From Deltaproteobacteria bacterium (GTDB lineage Bacteria > Myxococcota_A > UBA9160 > SZUA-336): DNA of 64,000 bases. The translations under genes were made by a program, and so were the position numbers. This document shows, piece by piece, positions 20,601 through 30,194 of this stretch. Every line of letters begins with the position of its first letter. Positions within the stretch are counted from its first letter, which is position 1. The DNA lies in contig JAFDDB010000003.1 in assembly GCA_019311115.1 (NCBI GenBank), positions 11,852-75,851 on the forward strand. Reading direction: 5' to 3'. The notes beneath the pieces are model-generated. The model was given only the letters and a program-made list of their open reading frames with translations, did not search any database and was not told the DNA's origin.

Positions 20601-22795
20601 TTCACGTCGTAGCCCATCAGGATGCGGCGCGTCTCGGAGCGCAACGTGCCGATCGCGGCCGCGCGCCCCACGGTCGAGCTGCCGGCCGCACGGCGCAGGT
20701 CGGGCAGGCCCGTCTTCTCGTCGAAGAAGACGTCGAGGGGATCCTCGCGTGCGGGTAGCTCGAGCGGCTCGACAGCCGCGGTCTCGTCGCGCCCGCCCTC
20801 AACGCTCGGCTCGATCACGACGATGACGTCGCCCGCCGACACGCGCTCGCCCCCGCGGACCAGTACCTCGCGCACCGTTCCCGAAACCGACGCGAAGAAC
20901 GCGGTCTCGGTCTTCATGGCCTCGAGCAGCCCCAGCCGGTCGCCGGCACGCACCGCGTCACCGGCCTTCACCCCGACCTCGATCACCAGCGCCGGCGCGG
21001 GCGCTCTCACCTTGCCGCCCACGTCGCGCTCGACGCGGTGGAAGCGGCCGTCGATCTCGAGGCGGATCTCCACGTCGGACTCGCTGAACAGGACCGCGTG
21101 GCGCTGGTCGTCGATGATCAGCTGACGCCGGTGCGGCCCCAGTTCGAGCACGCGCACCTGCGCGACGCGCGAGCCCAGGTGGACCCGGTACGACCAGCCA
21201 CCGACGGCGTAGACGACCAGCCGATAGGATGCTCCCGCGTAGACCAGGTCGATGGCACGGCCCGTCGACGGCGGGACGTTCTGGGGGCGCCCGCGGGCCG
21301 CCTCGGCAAAGAAGTTCATGCGCACGGCTTCGCGCTCTCGCTGATAGGTCAGCGTCGCCGCGACGACGAGTGCCTCCACCACCGGCTCGGGACGGCTCGC
21401 GATGCCCGCCTCCTCGAGCCAGGCGGTGTGGCACCTGCCGGCCCGGAAGTCCGGATGATCCAGTATGTCGAGCAGGAAGCCCTTGTTCACCGTTCCGCGC
21501 TCGATGACGACGTCCATGTCCGACACGGCGCGCACCAGGCGCGAGCGGGCCTCGTCGCGCGTCGCGCCGTAGGCGATGACCTTGGCGACCATCGAGTCGA
21601 ACTCCGACGGAATCTCGCCGCCGGGGGCGACGCCGGAGTCGACGCGGATGCCGGGCCCCGCCGGAAGCTCGAGCAGCGCGATGCGGCCCGGGCTCGGGGC
21701 AAAGTTCTCCGCCGGGTCCTCGGCGCACACGCGCACCTCGATCGCGTGGCCGCGCTGCTCGGGAACCTCGTCCGGCAGGCGCCCCCCGCGTGCGATGTGG
21801 ATCTGCGCCTTGACCAGGTCGAAGTCGGTCAGCAGCTCGGTGACCCCGTGCTCCACCTGCAGGCGCGGGTTGACCTCGAGAAAGAAGAAGCGCCCGTCGT
21901 CGGTCAGCAGGTACTCACAGGTGGCCACGCCCACGTAGCCCGCCTTGCGGATCATGCGGACCGACGCCTCCCGGATCTCGTCCGCCAGCCCGGCCGACAT
22001 GCCCGGAGGCGGCCCTTCCTCGACGACCTTCTGGTGCTTGCGCTGCACCGAGCAGTCGCGCAGTCCCAGTGCGAGCACACCGCCGTGCGCGTCCGCTGCG
22101 ATCTGGACCTCGATGTGGCGCGCGGCCGTGATGCAGGCTTCGAGGAAGAGCGTGCCGTCGCCGAATGCGTTCGCGGCCTCTTGCGTCGCGGACTCGAACG
22201 CGGCCTCGAGCTGGTCGACGCTATCGATGCGGCGGATGCCGCGCCCGCCGCCGCCGGCCGTCGCCTTGAGCATGAGCGGAAGACCGATCGTGTCGGCATG
22301 CGAGCGCAGGTCGTCGAGCGCGACCGGACCGCCACTCCACGCGGTGACGGGCACCCCCGCCGACTCGGCGATCCGCTTCGACTCGATCTTGTCGCCGAGC
22401 ATGCGCATCGTGTCGGCGGCGGGGCCGAGAAAGACCAGACCCGCGGCTTCGAGCTTCTCGACGAAGGAAGGATCCTCGGCCAGGAAGCCCCAGCCCGGCC
22501 ACACTGCGTCGGCGCGCGTCGCTCGCAGTGCGGCCAGCACGCGCTCGTGGTCCAGGTACGCGGGACGGAGCGGTCCACCCGCGGGTCCGCGCAGGGCGGC
22601 ACCGAGCGAGATCACCTCGTCGGCCTCGCGCACGAAGGGCGCGAAGCGGTCGGGATCGGTGTAGAGGGCGATCCCGACCAGGTCGGAGCCCTCTTCCGCG
22701 CGAAGCTCGCGGATCGCTCGCAGGCAACGAGTGGCGGCCTCGCCACGGTTCACCACGGCGATGCGGCGCAGGCGCTCGCTCAAGTCTCCCTCCAC
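17684..22795 (-). CDS. single-chain multidomain biotin-dependent acyl-CoA carboxylase (BC-BCCP-central-CT; LCC/eukaryotic-ACC-like architecture)
   Basis: 1703 aa. N-terminal biotin carboxylase (RIAVVNRGEAATRC...GGGGRGIRRI...EVNPRLQVEHGVTE). Biotinyl domain (LGLLEAMKTETAF). Then ~500-aa central region. Carboxyltransferase N and C halves (RVLILGDPSFGMGALAE...; PVVILANLSGFDGSPESMRRGVLELGAEIA...RYHGGAYVVF). Strong GGAGGGA RBS. Confidence 0.85.
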   Translation of the reverse strand: MEGDLSERLRRIAVVNRGEAATRCLRAIRELRAEEGSDLVGIALYTDPDRFAPFVREADEVISLGAALRGPAGGPLRPAYLDHERVLAALRATRADAVWPGWGFLAEDPSFVEKLEAAGLVFLGPAADTMRMLGDKIESKRIAESAGVPVTAWSGGPVALDDLRSHADTIGLPLMLKATAGGGGRGIRRIDSVDQLEAAFESATQEAANAFGDGTLFLEACITAARHIEVQIAADAHGGVLALGLRDCSVQRKHQKVVEEGPPPGMSAGLADEIREASVRMIRKAGYVGVATCEYLLTDDGRFFFLEVNPRLQVEHGVTELLTDFDLVKAQIHIARGGRLPDEVPEQRGHAIEVRVCAEDPAENFAPSPGRIALLELPAGPGIRVDSGVAPGGEIPSEFDSMVAKVIAYGATRDEARSRLVRAVSDMDVVIERGTVNKGFLLDILDHPDFRAGRCHTAWLEEAGIASRPEPVVEALVVAATLTYQREREAVRMNFFAEAARGRPQNVPPSTGRAIDLVYAGASYRLVVYAVGGWSYRVHLGSRVAQVRVLELGPHRRQLIIDDQRHAVLFSESDVEIRLEIDGRFHRVERDVGGKVRAPAPALVIEVGVKAGDAVRAGDRLGLLEAMKTETAFFASVSGTVREVLVRGGERVSAGDVIVVIEPSVEGGRDETAAVEPLELPAREDPLDVFFDEKTGLPDLRRAAGSSTVGRAAAIGTLRSETRRILMGYDVNPERADRLVALFEARVADVAPELVSELAQIATAVEIVADIEALFSRTPSRIDGEEEFGPSNDVRMAMYLRRIGAEGAGIDSEFLDQLRRVLALYEITSLEPTAALERAVLRLSATRTTLDLRHRLVMALLQLLLRLGTESEVFERYAELADALERLALLRGTVPPGVADLAAHARFVLFERPRRAEVSRAAERPEVDLALTVVPPPDGTDLEEIAARMGVTPEEARRIELWRLEQFDLERVETFEGVFAFHGRARDQSGDERLFCFAEIDDLGPDIPGNPDRSIFDERFHEAIEALRSLQGSRDPTHRLHWNRLYVTLRPPIVLTGELVSDTIRRLAPETGHLGLERVVVRAATVPAERLDAEPRLIEIMTGNPSGGRVESAARVPHREPLAPATVYERRTAAARARGLIYPYEIVRIFTAEPSEVEPRPSIRLAAGTFEEHDLQDGRAVAVDRPAGRNTCAIVFGIITTPTAKFPEGMRRVLILGDPSFGMGALAEPECARIVSAIDLAEREELPVEWVAVSSGARIAMDSGTENLDATARVVRRIVTFTDEGGEINVIVAGVNVGAQSYFDALATMGLQSRGVLIMLSNSSSMVLTGRAALEISGGVSAEDDMGIGGYERIMAPSGQAQFQARNIGDAYRILLQHYAATYRAPGEDAPRRFETSDERDRDLTTESYEGEEDFRTVGEVFSDETNPGRKRPFAMRPIMRALIDQDAGFLERWRDWVGAETAIVWDTHLGGWPITLIAVESRPVPRNGHVPSDGPDAWTAGTLFPLSSKKVARALNASSGVRPVVILANLSGFDGSPESMRRGVLELGAEIARAVVRFEGPLLFTVVSRYHGGAYVVFSSELNPEMHASALTGSYASVIGGAAAAAVVFPREVRRRANSDPRVTEARGRVAEASDSDTRIARRAELDRVLGEVLLERQAEVAAEFDSVHTVERARDVGSLQELVEPRALRPSLIALLERGSS

Positions 22796-22938
22796 ATGTC
22801 GATGAAGCGCTCCCCCGGTACGTGAAGACGACTAGGGTCTCCGAAACGGACGGCGGAGGCAATTCGCCCCGCGGGACCCCTCGCCCATCATCTGCGACGG
22901 GGCCCGGAGCCGAACGGCCGACGAAGACGCTGGGCCGG

Positions 22939-24237
22939 TCAGGCGTCCTGCGGAGGCAGCGCGCCGGGGAAGACCCAGCCGAACGCCAGGAAGCACAGGA
23001 AGAACAGCCCGATGAAGCCCGCCAGGATGCCGAGCTCGATCCCGCCGAAGGGCGTGACCGGCGCACCGGCCAGGACCTGCTCCGGAGAAACCAGCGACGG
23101 CGTCACCAAGATGTAGCGCTCGATCCAGAAGCCGATCAGCGAGCCGCTGGCGACCGCGCCGAGGATGATCGGCGTCTTCTTCGGCTTCTGGCCCAGCAGC
23201 ACCCAGAACGGGATGACCCAGCACAGGAACCACGCGGTCAGCGTGATCTGCACGTAGGGCTCCGCGATGCGCGTCCAGAAGCCGGTCATGTACCAGGTGT
23301 CCTGCAGGAACTGCGTGCCGAGCCGCGCCGCGATGAAGCCGGTCTCCTCGGGGATGTTGCCGTACCAGATCACCAGGTACTGCGACCAGAACAGGTACAT
23401 CCAGAAGATCGAGAAGGCGAAGACCATCTTTCCCAGGTCGTGCCGGCGGCTCTCCGTGACCTCGCCCGTGAGCTCGCGCGAGTTGCGCAGGATCAGCGAG
23501 AGGAGCGCCGTCATGCTGATGGCGGAGAGGAAGCCGCCCCAGCTGTAGTAGGCGGGGAACATGGTGCTGACCCAGTGCGGCGACAGCGACATGATCATGT
23601 CGACGCCGATCAGCGAGTACGAGATAGCGTACGAGAGGGCGAGAACCGCGGCCATCTTGCGCAGCCTGCGCTCGGCCAGCTCGCGCTCCGCGGCCTCGCC
23701 GCGCCAGCCGGCGGTCCAGCGCTGGATCAGCGCGCCCTTCCAGCCCGTGGCTGTTTCGCGCGCCGCGCCCAGCGACGGCCGCACGGACAGGTACAGGTAC
23801 ACCTGGGAGACGAACGTCATCCAGATCAGCGCGAAGAAGTCGCGGCCGAAGGTGAAGCTCTCCGTGTACCACCACTCCTTGCCGTAGACGGCGTGGTGGG
23901 TCCAGCCGAAGAGCTCGTGGCGCCCGGCCCAGATGGCGATGAACAACACCAGCGAGAGCGGAACGAACGCACCCAGGGCGTCGATCAGGCGGTGCACCGG
24001 GCCGGCCCACTTGCCGTTCGTCAGGCGGATGGCCGCCGAGAGCACGAGCGCGCCCTGCGAGAGTGCCGCGAAGAGCAGCCAGTTGTGCAGGAAGACGCGG
24101 TACGTGCGCTTCACCGTGTCGGCGTCGGAGCTGGACACGCCGCCCAGGAAGACGACGAGGCCCAGCATGGCGAGCAGCCCGAACAGCGCCGCGGGAACGG
24201 CGGGGAGACCCCTCGGCTTCGACAGATCGATACTCAC
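22939..24237 (-). CDS. actF: alternative complex III subunit ActF (NrfD-like membrane subunit)
   Basis: 432-aa polytopic protein with the NrfD/PsrC-like repeat pattern. It is the last gene of the act cluster. Confidence 0.75.
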   Translation of the reverse strand: MSIDLSKPRGLPAVPAALFGLLAMLGLVVFLGGVSSSDADTVKRTYRVFLHNWLLFAALSQGALVLSAAIRLTNGKWAGPVHRLIDALGAFVPLSLVLFIAIWAGRHELFGWTHHAVYGKEWWYTESFTFGRDFFALIWMTFVSQVYLYLSVRPSLGAARETATGWKGALIQRWTAGWRGEAAERELAERRLRKMAAVLALSYAISYSLIGVDMIMSLSPHWVSTMFPAYYSWGGFLSAISMTALLSLILRNSRELTGEVTESRRHDLGKMVFAFSIFWMYLFWSQYLVIWYGNIPEETGFIAARLGTQFLQDTWYMTGFWTRIAEPYVQITLTAWFLCWVIPFWVLLGQKPKKTPIILGAVASGSLIGFWIERYILVTPSLVSPEQVLAGAPVTPFGGIELGILAGFIGLFFLCFLAFGWVFPGALPPQDA

Positions 24238-24240
24238 CGG

Positions 24241-24777
24241 TCAGTTCCTCGGAATCAGCTTGCGCAGGTAGTTCACGACGTGCCACCGATCCTCGGCCGG
24301 GATCTGCGGGTAGCCAGGCATGCCGGGCTTGCCGTAGCGGATCTTGGTGAACAGGAACCCGTCCACGTAGGCGGGCACGGCCTGGAGCGGGGGCGGCGGC
24401 ATGCCGCTCTCGCTGAGGCGCCGCGCGACCGGCACCTGCGCCTGGTTCGACATGCCGTCGTCACCGTGGCAGACCTTGCAGTAGATGCCGTAGACCACCT
24501 TGCCGCGCTCCACCGATGCCGCCGTGGCGGGAACCGGGTTCACGAGAGCCATGGCCTGCGGCATGAACGCCGGCACCGGAGAGTCGATGCGCGGCTCCAT
24601 CCCGCCGAGCGGAATCGTCCCCTGCGGAGGATCGAAGGGCTGGTGGCCCTCGAGCGCCTGTACCGCGACCTGCTCCTTCATCTGCGCGAACCAGGTCGGA
24701 GCGACCTGCTCCCAGCAAGCCGAGGTCGCGAACGCGAGCCCGACGAGCAGCGCCAGCTGCCTAGCCCTCGACAACAC
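24241..24777 (-). CDS. actE: alternative complex III subunit ActE (monoheme cytochrome c)
   Basis: Signal peptide, then a single CKVCHG heme motif. Confidence 0.75.
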   Translation of the reverse strand: MLSRARQLALLVGLAFATSACWEQVAPTWFAQMKEQVAVQALEGHQPFDPPQGTIPLGGMEPRIDSPVPAFMPQAMALVNPVPATAASVERGKVVYGIYCKVCHGDDGMSNQAQVPVARRLSESGMPPPPLQAVPAYVDGFLFTKIRYGKPGMPGYPQIPAEDRWHVVNYLRKLIPRN

Positions 24778-25264
24778 GCACCTCCGAGCACCCCGCGCTC
24801 TCCAGCAATTCCTGGACGCGGGGGATCTGGTCGGCCTGGCACTCCACGACGCAGCCGAAGTCGCCGACGCTGAAGCTCGGCCGGTACCCGCGCGACTTCT
24901 GCTTCGGGAGCAGCAGCCCGTACACGAGCAGGGCCCCTACGGTCAGGGCTCCGCCGAACAGGATCGTCAGCTCGAACGCGATCACGGTGTAGGCGGGGAT
25001 CGAGGCGAAGGGCTTGCCGGCGATCACGAGTTCCCAGTCGTACGACATCCAGATGGTCATCAGGTAGCCGAGCGTGACTCCGGTCAGGCCGCCGATGAGC
25101 GTCCAGAGGCGCACCCCGCTCGGCGCCGGATTGAAGGCGTGCTCGATCTCGTGGCTCGGGATCGGCGAGAACACCTCGAGGTCGTCGAAGCCGGCGCCGC
25201 GAAGCGAGTGGATCACTCCCACGGTCTCGGCCGGACTCTTCAGCACTCCCAGGACCGAGGCCAT
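24761..25264 (-). CDS. actD: alternative complex III subunit ActD (DUF3341)
   Basis: MASVLGVLKSPAETVGVIHSLRGAGFDDLEVFSPIPSHEIEHAF plus two TM helices. It is the C-terminal 167 aa of the otherwise out-of-frame track ORF 24761..26398. Its start overlaps the ActC stop (TGATG). Confidence 0.7.
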   Translation of the reverse strand: MASVLGVLKSPAETVGVIHSLRGAGFDDLEVFSPIPSHEIEHAFNPAPSGVRLWTLIGGLTGVTLGYLMTIWMSYDWELVIAGKPFASIPAYTVIAFELTILFGGALTVGALLVYGLLLPKQKSRGYRPSFSVGDFGCVVECQADQIPRVQELLESAGCSEVRVVEG

Positions 25265-26595
25265 CAGTGTGCCTCCGCGTGTTCGTACTGCTCTTCCTTG
25301 ACCTCCTGGATCGCGATCACCGGGAACATCCGGAGGAAGAGCAGGAACCACATGAAGAAGTGGGCGAAGCTCGCCACGAGGATCGTCAGTTCGACCCAGG
25401 ACGGCGTGTAGTAACCCCACGCGGCGGGGTCGTACTCGTGGCTCAGGCCTGTCGTGATGATGACGAAGCGCTCGAACCACATGCCGATGTTGATCAGGAT
25501 CGAGGTGCACCACATCCAGGTGATGTTGAGCCGGAAGCGCTTGAGCCAGAGCGGCAGCGGCACGATCACGTTGCAGGTGATCATGATCCAGGTCGCCCAC
25601 CAGTAGTCGCCGAACGCGCGGTGCCAGAACGACATCTGCTCGTACGGGTTGGCGCTGTACCAGGCCATGAAGTACTCGACGGCGTACGCGTAACCGACGA
25701 TCGTCGACGTGAGCACGATGAACTTGCCCATGTTGTCGAAGTGCTCGGCCCGGATGAAGCGCTCGAGCGAGAACGCCTTGCGCACGGGCACCAGCACCGT
25801 GATGACCATGGCCATGCCGGAGAAGATCGCGCCGGCCACGAAGTACGGCGCGAAGATCGTGGTGTGCCAGCCCGGAACGAGCGACATGGCGAAGTCCCAG
25901 GACACGACGGAGTGCACGGACAGCACGAGAGGCGTGGCGAGCCCCGACAGGTGGAGGACGGCGCGTGAGTGATGGCGCCACTGCTCCGCCGTGCCGCGCC
26001 AGCCGAGTGCCAGCACGCCGTAGAGGTGGCGGCGCCAGTCCGTGATCCGGTCGCGCGCGGCTGCGATGTCGGGGATCAGCCCGACGGCGAAGAACAGGAT
26101 CGAGATGATCGTGTAGGTCCCGACCGCGAACACGTCCCACTCGAGCGGACTCTTGAAGTTCGTCCACAGCCCCCGCTGGTTCGGGTACGGGAGCATGAAG
26201 TAGAACTTCCAGAGACGGCCGATGTGGATCAGCGGAAAGAGACCCGCCGTGATGACCGAGAAGACGGTCATGGCCTCGGCGCCGCGGTTGATCGCGTTCC
26301 GCCACTTGGCGCGGAACAGGTAGAGGATCGCCGAGATCAGCGTTCCGGCGTGCGCGATGCCGACCCAGAACACGAAGGTCGTGATGTACACGCCCCACAT
26401 GACCGGGTGCATGAGGCCGGTCACGCCCATCCCGGCGTAGGTCTGGTAGGCGAGAGCGGCCGCGCCGGCCCCGACCAGTCCCATCATCGTCAGCACCGCG
26501 ACCACGTAGATCGGCGACGGCGGCGCGAGGACCGCGAGGATGCCCTCGTTGTAGTCCTCGGGCGAAGTGGGGACCGGATCGGTGATGGCAGCCAT
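25264..26595 (-). CDS. actC: alternative complex III subunit ActC (NrfD/PsrC-like quinol-interacting membrane subunit)
   Basis: 443-aa, 10-TM protein of the NrfD family, immediately after ActB. Confidence 0.85.
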   Translation of the reverse strand: MAAITDPVPTSPEDYNEGILAVLAPPSPIYVVAVLTMMGLVGAGAAALAYQTYAGMGVTGLMHPVMWGVYITTFVFWVGIAHAGTLISAILYLFRAKWRNAINRGAEAMTVFSVITAGLFPLIHIGRLWKFYFMLPYPNQRGLWTNFKSPLEWDVFAVGTYTIISILFFAVGLIPDIAAARDRITDWRRHLYGVLALGWRGTAEQWRHHSRAVLHLSGLATPLVLSVHSVVSWDFAMSLVPGWHTTIFAPYFVAGAIFSGMAMVITVLVPVRKAFSLERFIRAEHFDNMGKFIVLTSTIVGYAYAVEYFMAWYSANPYEQMSFWHRAFGDYWWATWIMITCNVIVPLPLWLKRFRLNITWMWCTSILINIGMWFERFVIITTGLSHEYDPAAWGYYTPSWVELTILVASFAHFFMWFLLFLRMFPVIAIQEVKEEQYEHAEAH

Positions 26596-26602
26596 TCGAG
26601 TC

Positions 26603-29551
26603 CTACGCCTCGTCCCGGCGCGAGATCTGCTTCAGGTAGGTCACGGCGGGGCGCGTGTTCAGGTGGTGCAGGATCCAGTACGCGCGGTCTTCACGGCGAA
26701 GCACGCTGACGCGGCTCTCGGGGTCCTTGTAGTTCCCGAACACGATCGCGCCGGTCGGGCAGGCCTGCTGGCAGGCGCTGACGACCTCGCCGTCGCGCAC
26801 CTTGCGCTTCTCGGCCGAAGCGGTGTCCTTGGCCGCGTTGATGCGCTGCACGCAGAAGGTGCACTTCTCCATCACGCCCTTCGAGCGCACGGTCACGTCG
26901 GGATTCAACGCCAGGTGCTCGGGCTCGCGGATGAACCAGTCGTAGGGCCAATAGTTGAAGCGGCGCGCCTTGTAAGGGCAGTTGTTTCCGCAGTAGCGGG
27001 TGCCGATGCACCGGTTGTACACCATGACGTTCAGCCCTTCCGGACTGTGGTAGGTCGCGAAGACGGGGCAGACGGCCTCGCACGGCGCGGCGCCGCAGTG
27101 CTGGCAGAGCATCGGGAGGCTTCGGGACTCGATCTCGCCGCCGTGATGCTCGACGTACCGCTCGATGCGGAGCCAGTGCATCTCGCGGCCCTTGCGCACG
27201 GCCTCTTCACCCGGCGACGGCGTGTTGTTCTCCACCGCGCAGGCGACCGTGCACGCTCCGCAGCCCGTACAGGCGTCGACGTCGATGCTCATGCCCCAGC
27301 GGTAGTCGGGATCGCGGGCGTCCTTGGACGGATCGAAGTCCACCGTCTCCAGGTGGGAGGCCGACGCCCAGCGCGGGGTCTCCTGGTGCTCGCCGCCGTG
27401 CTCCTCGGAGGAAGCGTGGCCCTCGCCGTGGCCGCCGCCCGCCAGCGCCGCGAGCGTGGTGCTCTGCGCGAAGCCGCGCCCCTCCTGGTCGAAGGTCGTC
27501 TGCGTGCGCGCCACGAGTCGCTTCTCGCCGGTCGCCGCCACGCTGGCGCGCGTGGAGAGCCAGGCAAGTGCACCGGACGCGCTGTCGAGGCGGCCCGGCA
27601 GCAGCGCCAGGGCGTTCACGCCGATCGTCCCGCGGCGTTGGAGCGGATCCTGGCCCTCGATCGAGGGGTCTACCGGGATGTGACCCTGCCCGGCGGAGAT
27701 CGCGACCGTACCCGGTCGCTGCGCTTCGCTCGGGAAGACGGCGAGCTCTACCTCGCCGGTGTCGGTCGTCACGCGGACGACGTCGCCGAGACCGACGCCG
27801 AGCGATGCCGCGGTGTCGGGATGCAGCTCCGCGTAGCTCGCCCAGACGGTCTTCGTGACCGGGTTGGGAATCTCCTGGAGCATGGCGATACGCGCGCTGC
27901 GTCCGTCGCCGAAGCTCGCCGACGGGTAGACGAGCAGCGTCAGGTCGCCCTTGCCCTCGATCGGCGCGGCGTCGAAGGACAGGCCGCCGGCATTCCCGCT
28001 GAAGGAGACCGGCGAGTCCGCCACCCGCGAGAAGCTGCCGCCCGCGCCGAGCGCGGTGTCGAAGCTCTCGCCCCAGTGGTCGCGGAGCTTCTGCTGGACC
28101 GAGCCTTCCGGCCCGGCACCGAGCCGCGTGCCGAGGTCGAGCAACACGTCGCCGGTCTGGCGCGTGTCGAAGAGCGGGCGGATGGTCGGCTGCTGCAGGT
28201 TGTGCACGCCCACCACCGCCTCCACGTCACCCCACGCCTCGTAGGGCGTGTGGTCCGGCAGGACCAGGTCGGCCAGCGCCGTCGTCTCGTCGTTCGAGCT
28301 GGCGAAGCTGACGGTGTACAGCCCCTTGGTCTTCATCGCGTCCTGGAAGCCGGTCTGCGACGCCGAGTAGACGGGGTTCGAGCCGTGCACGAGCAGCACC
28401 GCGACCTCGCCGCCGCGGAGCTTGCCCGCCAGCGCCTTCACGTCTTCGAAGCGGTCGAGCCGCGACAGGTTGTGGTCGGGCCCGAAGAGCACGGTGCGGC
28501 CGATGGCGCCGCTCGCCACGTTCAGCAGCTGCACGGCGGCTGCGAAGCCCGATGCGTTCACGGTCTGGAGCTCGTTGCCGGGCGGCAGCGCGACCGGCGA
28601 CTTCGCCGATGCGATGCGTCCGGCGAGCTTCTCGATCACCGCCGCCTCGATCCCGGTGGCCTTGGCCACGTCGGCGATCGAGTGCTTGGCGATCGCGTTG
28701 CCCGCTGCGCCGAGCGAGACGCCCTTGCGGCGAGCGACCTCGCGCGCGAGCGCGGCGGCGATCAGGATCTCGGTGCCGGGCTCCGGCGCGATCCACTGGT
28801 CGGCGTTCGAGCCGGAGAGGCCGAGCCGCGGCCCCACGTAGGCCGCGTACGACTTGCCGCCCTTGCGGCCCTCGGCCCAGAGCCGCGCGTTCTGCGCCGG
28901 ATTGAGCCAGGTCTCGAGGAAGTCCGTTCCGAACGCGACCACGACGTCGGCGCGATCGAGCGCGAAGTGCGGGACGGCCGCGCGTCCGAAGAGCTTCTCG
29001 TTCGCGGTGCGCAGGGCCTCGTAGCCGAAGACCTCGTAGCGCACGCGGTTCGACGAGCCGGCCGCCTTCATGAAGCCGTCGACGATCGAGTCGGTCACGC
29101 CGGTCTGGAGTCCGCCCAGGAAGGCGATCTTCCCGGTGCCGACGAGCGGCTGGAGCCTCGCCGACAGCTCGGTGAGCGCGTCGTCCCAGGAGATTGGCGC
29201 GAGCGCACCGTCATCGCCGCGCTTCATCGGGCCTGGGAAGCGCGCGGCATCGTAGGTGCGCATGAGGCTCGCCTGGCCGCGCAGACAGAGGACTCCGCCG
29301 TTCGTCGGGTCGGCGGGCAGACCGTCCACCTTGATGGGGCGGCCCTCGCGCGTCTTCACGTCGATCCCGCAGCCGGCCGGGCACTCTCGGCACACGCTCG
29401 CGTAGTGCGTGGGTATGCCGGGAATGATCTCCTCGGGCTGGTTCAGGTACGGGATGACCTTCTCTACGGGCTCCTTGCACGCCGCGGTCGCGACTGCACC
29501 CGCGGACAGACCCGCGATCTTCAGAAAGTTCCTGCGGTCGAGCTCAGGCAT
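26603..29551 (-). CDS. actB: alternative complex III subunit ActB (Tat-exported molybdopterin-oxidoreductase-like + 4Fe-4S ferredoxin fusion)
   Basis: Tat motif RRNFLKIAGLSAGAVATAAC. MopB-like domain. Multiple CxxCxxCxxxCP ferredoxin motifs C-terminally (CTGCGACTVACAVENN..., CQHCGAAPCEAVCP). Confidence 0.85.
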   Translation of the reverse strand: MPELDRRNFLKIAGLSAGAVATAACKEPVEKVIPYLNQPEEIIPGIPTHYASVCRECPAGCGIDVKTREGRPIKVDGLPADPTNGGVLCLRGQASLMRTYDAARFPGPMKRGDDGALAPISWDDALTELSARLQPLVGTGKIAFLGGLQTGVTDSIVDGFMKAAGSSNRVRYEVFGYEALRTANEKLFGRAAVPHFALDRADVVVAFGTDFLETWLNPAQNARLWAEGRKGGKSYAAYVGPRLGLSGSNADQWIAPEPGTEILIAAALAREVARRKGVSLGAAGNAIAKHSIADVAKATGIEAAVIEKLAGRIASAKSPVALPPGNELQTVNASGFAAAVQLLNVASGAIGRTVLFGPDHNLSRLDRFEDVKALAGKLRGGEVAVLLVHGSNPVYSASQTGFQDAMKTKGLYTVSFASSNDETTALADLVLPDHTPYEAWGDVEAVVGVHNLQQPTIRPLFDTRQTGDVLLDLGTRLGAGPEGSVQQKLRDHWGESFDTALGAGGSFSRVADSPVSFSGNAGGLSFDAAPIEGKGDLTLLVYPSASFGDGRSARIAMLQEIPNPVTKTVWASYAELHPDTAASLGVGLGDVVRVTTDTGEVELAVFPSEAQRPGTVAISAGQGHIPVDPSIEGQDPLQRRGTIGVNALALLPGRLDSASGALAWLSTRASVAATGEKRLVARTQTTFDQEGRGFAQSTTLAALAGGGHGEGHASSEEHGGEHQETPRWASASHLETVDFDPSKDARDPDYRWGMSIDVDACTGCGACTVACAVENNTPSPGEEAVRKGREMHWLRIERYVEHHGGEIESRSLPMLCQHCGAAPCEAVCPVFATYHSPEGLNVMVYNRCIGTRYCGNNCPYKARRFNYWPYDWFIREPEHLALNPDVTVRSKGVMEKCTFCVQRINAAKDTASAEKRKVRDGEVVSACQQACPTGAIVFGNYKDPESRVSVLRREDRAYWILHHLNTRPAVTYLKQISRRDEA

Positions 29552-29576
29552 CGTGTCCGAGGTCCCCGGCTTCGTC

Positions 29577-30158
29577 TCAGTAGTGGCAGGCGGTGCAGTC
29601 GTCCGCCGCGCCCATCTCGAGGTGACAGTCCATGCACCAGCCCATCTCGAGCTTGGCCGCGGGCAGCCAGAGGCTGTGGTTCCGCGTCACCGTGTCCGGC
29701 GTCATGTAGACGCGGTTCATCTCCTGGATGGGTCCGTGACACCGCTGGCACTCCACGCCGGCCTGCACGTGCCTCATGTGCTTGAACTGCACGTGCTCGG
29801 GCAAGTTGTAGATCCTCAGCCAGGGGATCGACTCGCCGCTCTCGTAGTAGCTGGCGATCTTGGCGATCTCCTCGGCGCTACCGGGCGACTCGCCTTCCTT
29901 CACCCACTGGTGGCAGCCCATGCACACCGAGACCGCGGGGATCGTGGCGTGCGGGCCCTTGTCCGCAGCGGTGTGGCAGTACAGGCACTCGATCTCGAGC
30001 TTGGTCGCGTGCACCGCGTGACTGAACTCGATCGGCTGCACTTCGCCGGCGAGCTCTTCGTCCGTGTACGAGTAGAGACTGGCCGCCGCTCCTGCGGCAA
30101 CAGCCACGAGCGCGCACAGAGCGGTAGCGAGGGGGATAAGACGCTTGGGGGATCCCAT
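29577..30158 (-). CDS. actA: alternative complex III subunit ActA (pentaheme cytochrome c)
   Basis: Five CXXCH motifs: CLYCH, CMGCH, CQRCH, CMDCH, CTACH. Confidence 0.85.
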   Translation of the reverse strand: MGSPKRLIPLATALCALVAVAAGAAASLYSYTDEELAGEVQPIEFSHAVHATKLEIECLYCHTAADKGPHATIPAVSVCMGCHQWVKEGESPGSAEEIAKIASYYESGESIPWLRIYNLPEHVQFKHMRHVQAGVECQRCHGPIQEMNRVYMTPDTVTRNHSLWLPAAKLEMGWCMDCHLEMGAADDCTACHY

Positions 30159-30194
30159 GGCCGGCGCAAGGTGTAGTCCATCGCGCCGGTGAGA

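Noticed and set aside
24761-26398. 545-aa minus-strand ORF
   Set aside because: It is out of frame with ActC for most of its length. Only its last 167 codons (ActD) are coding.
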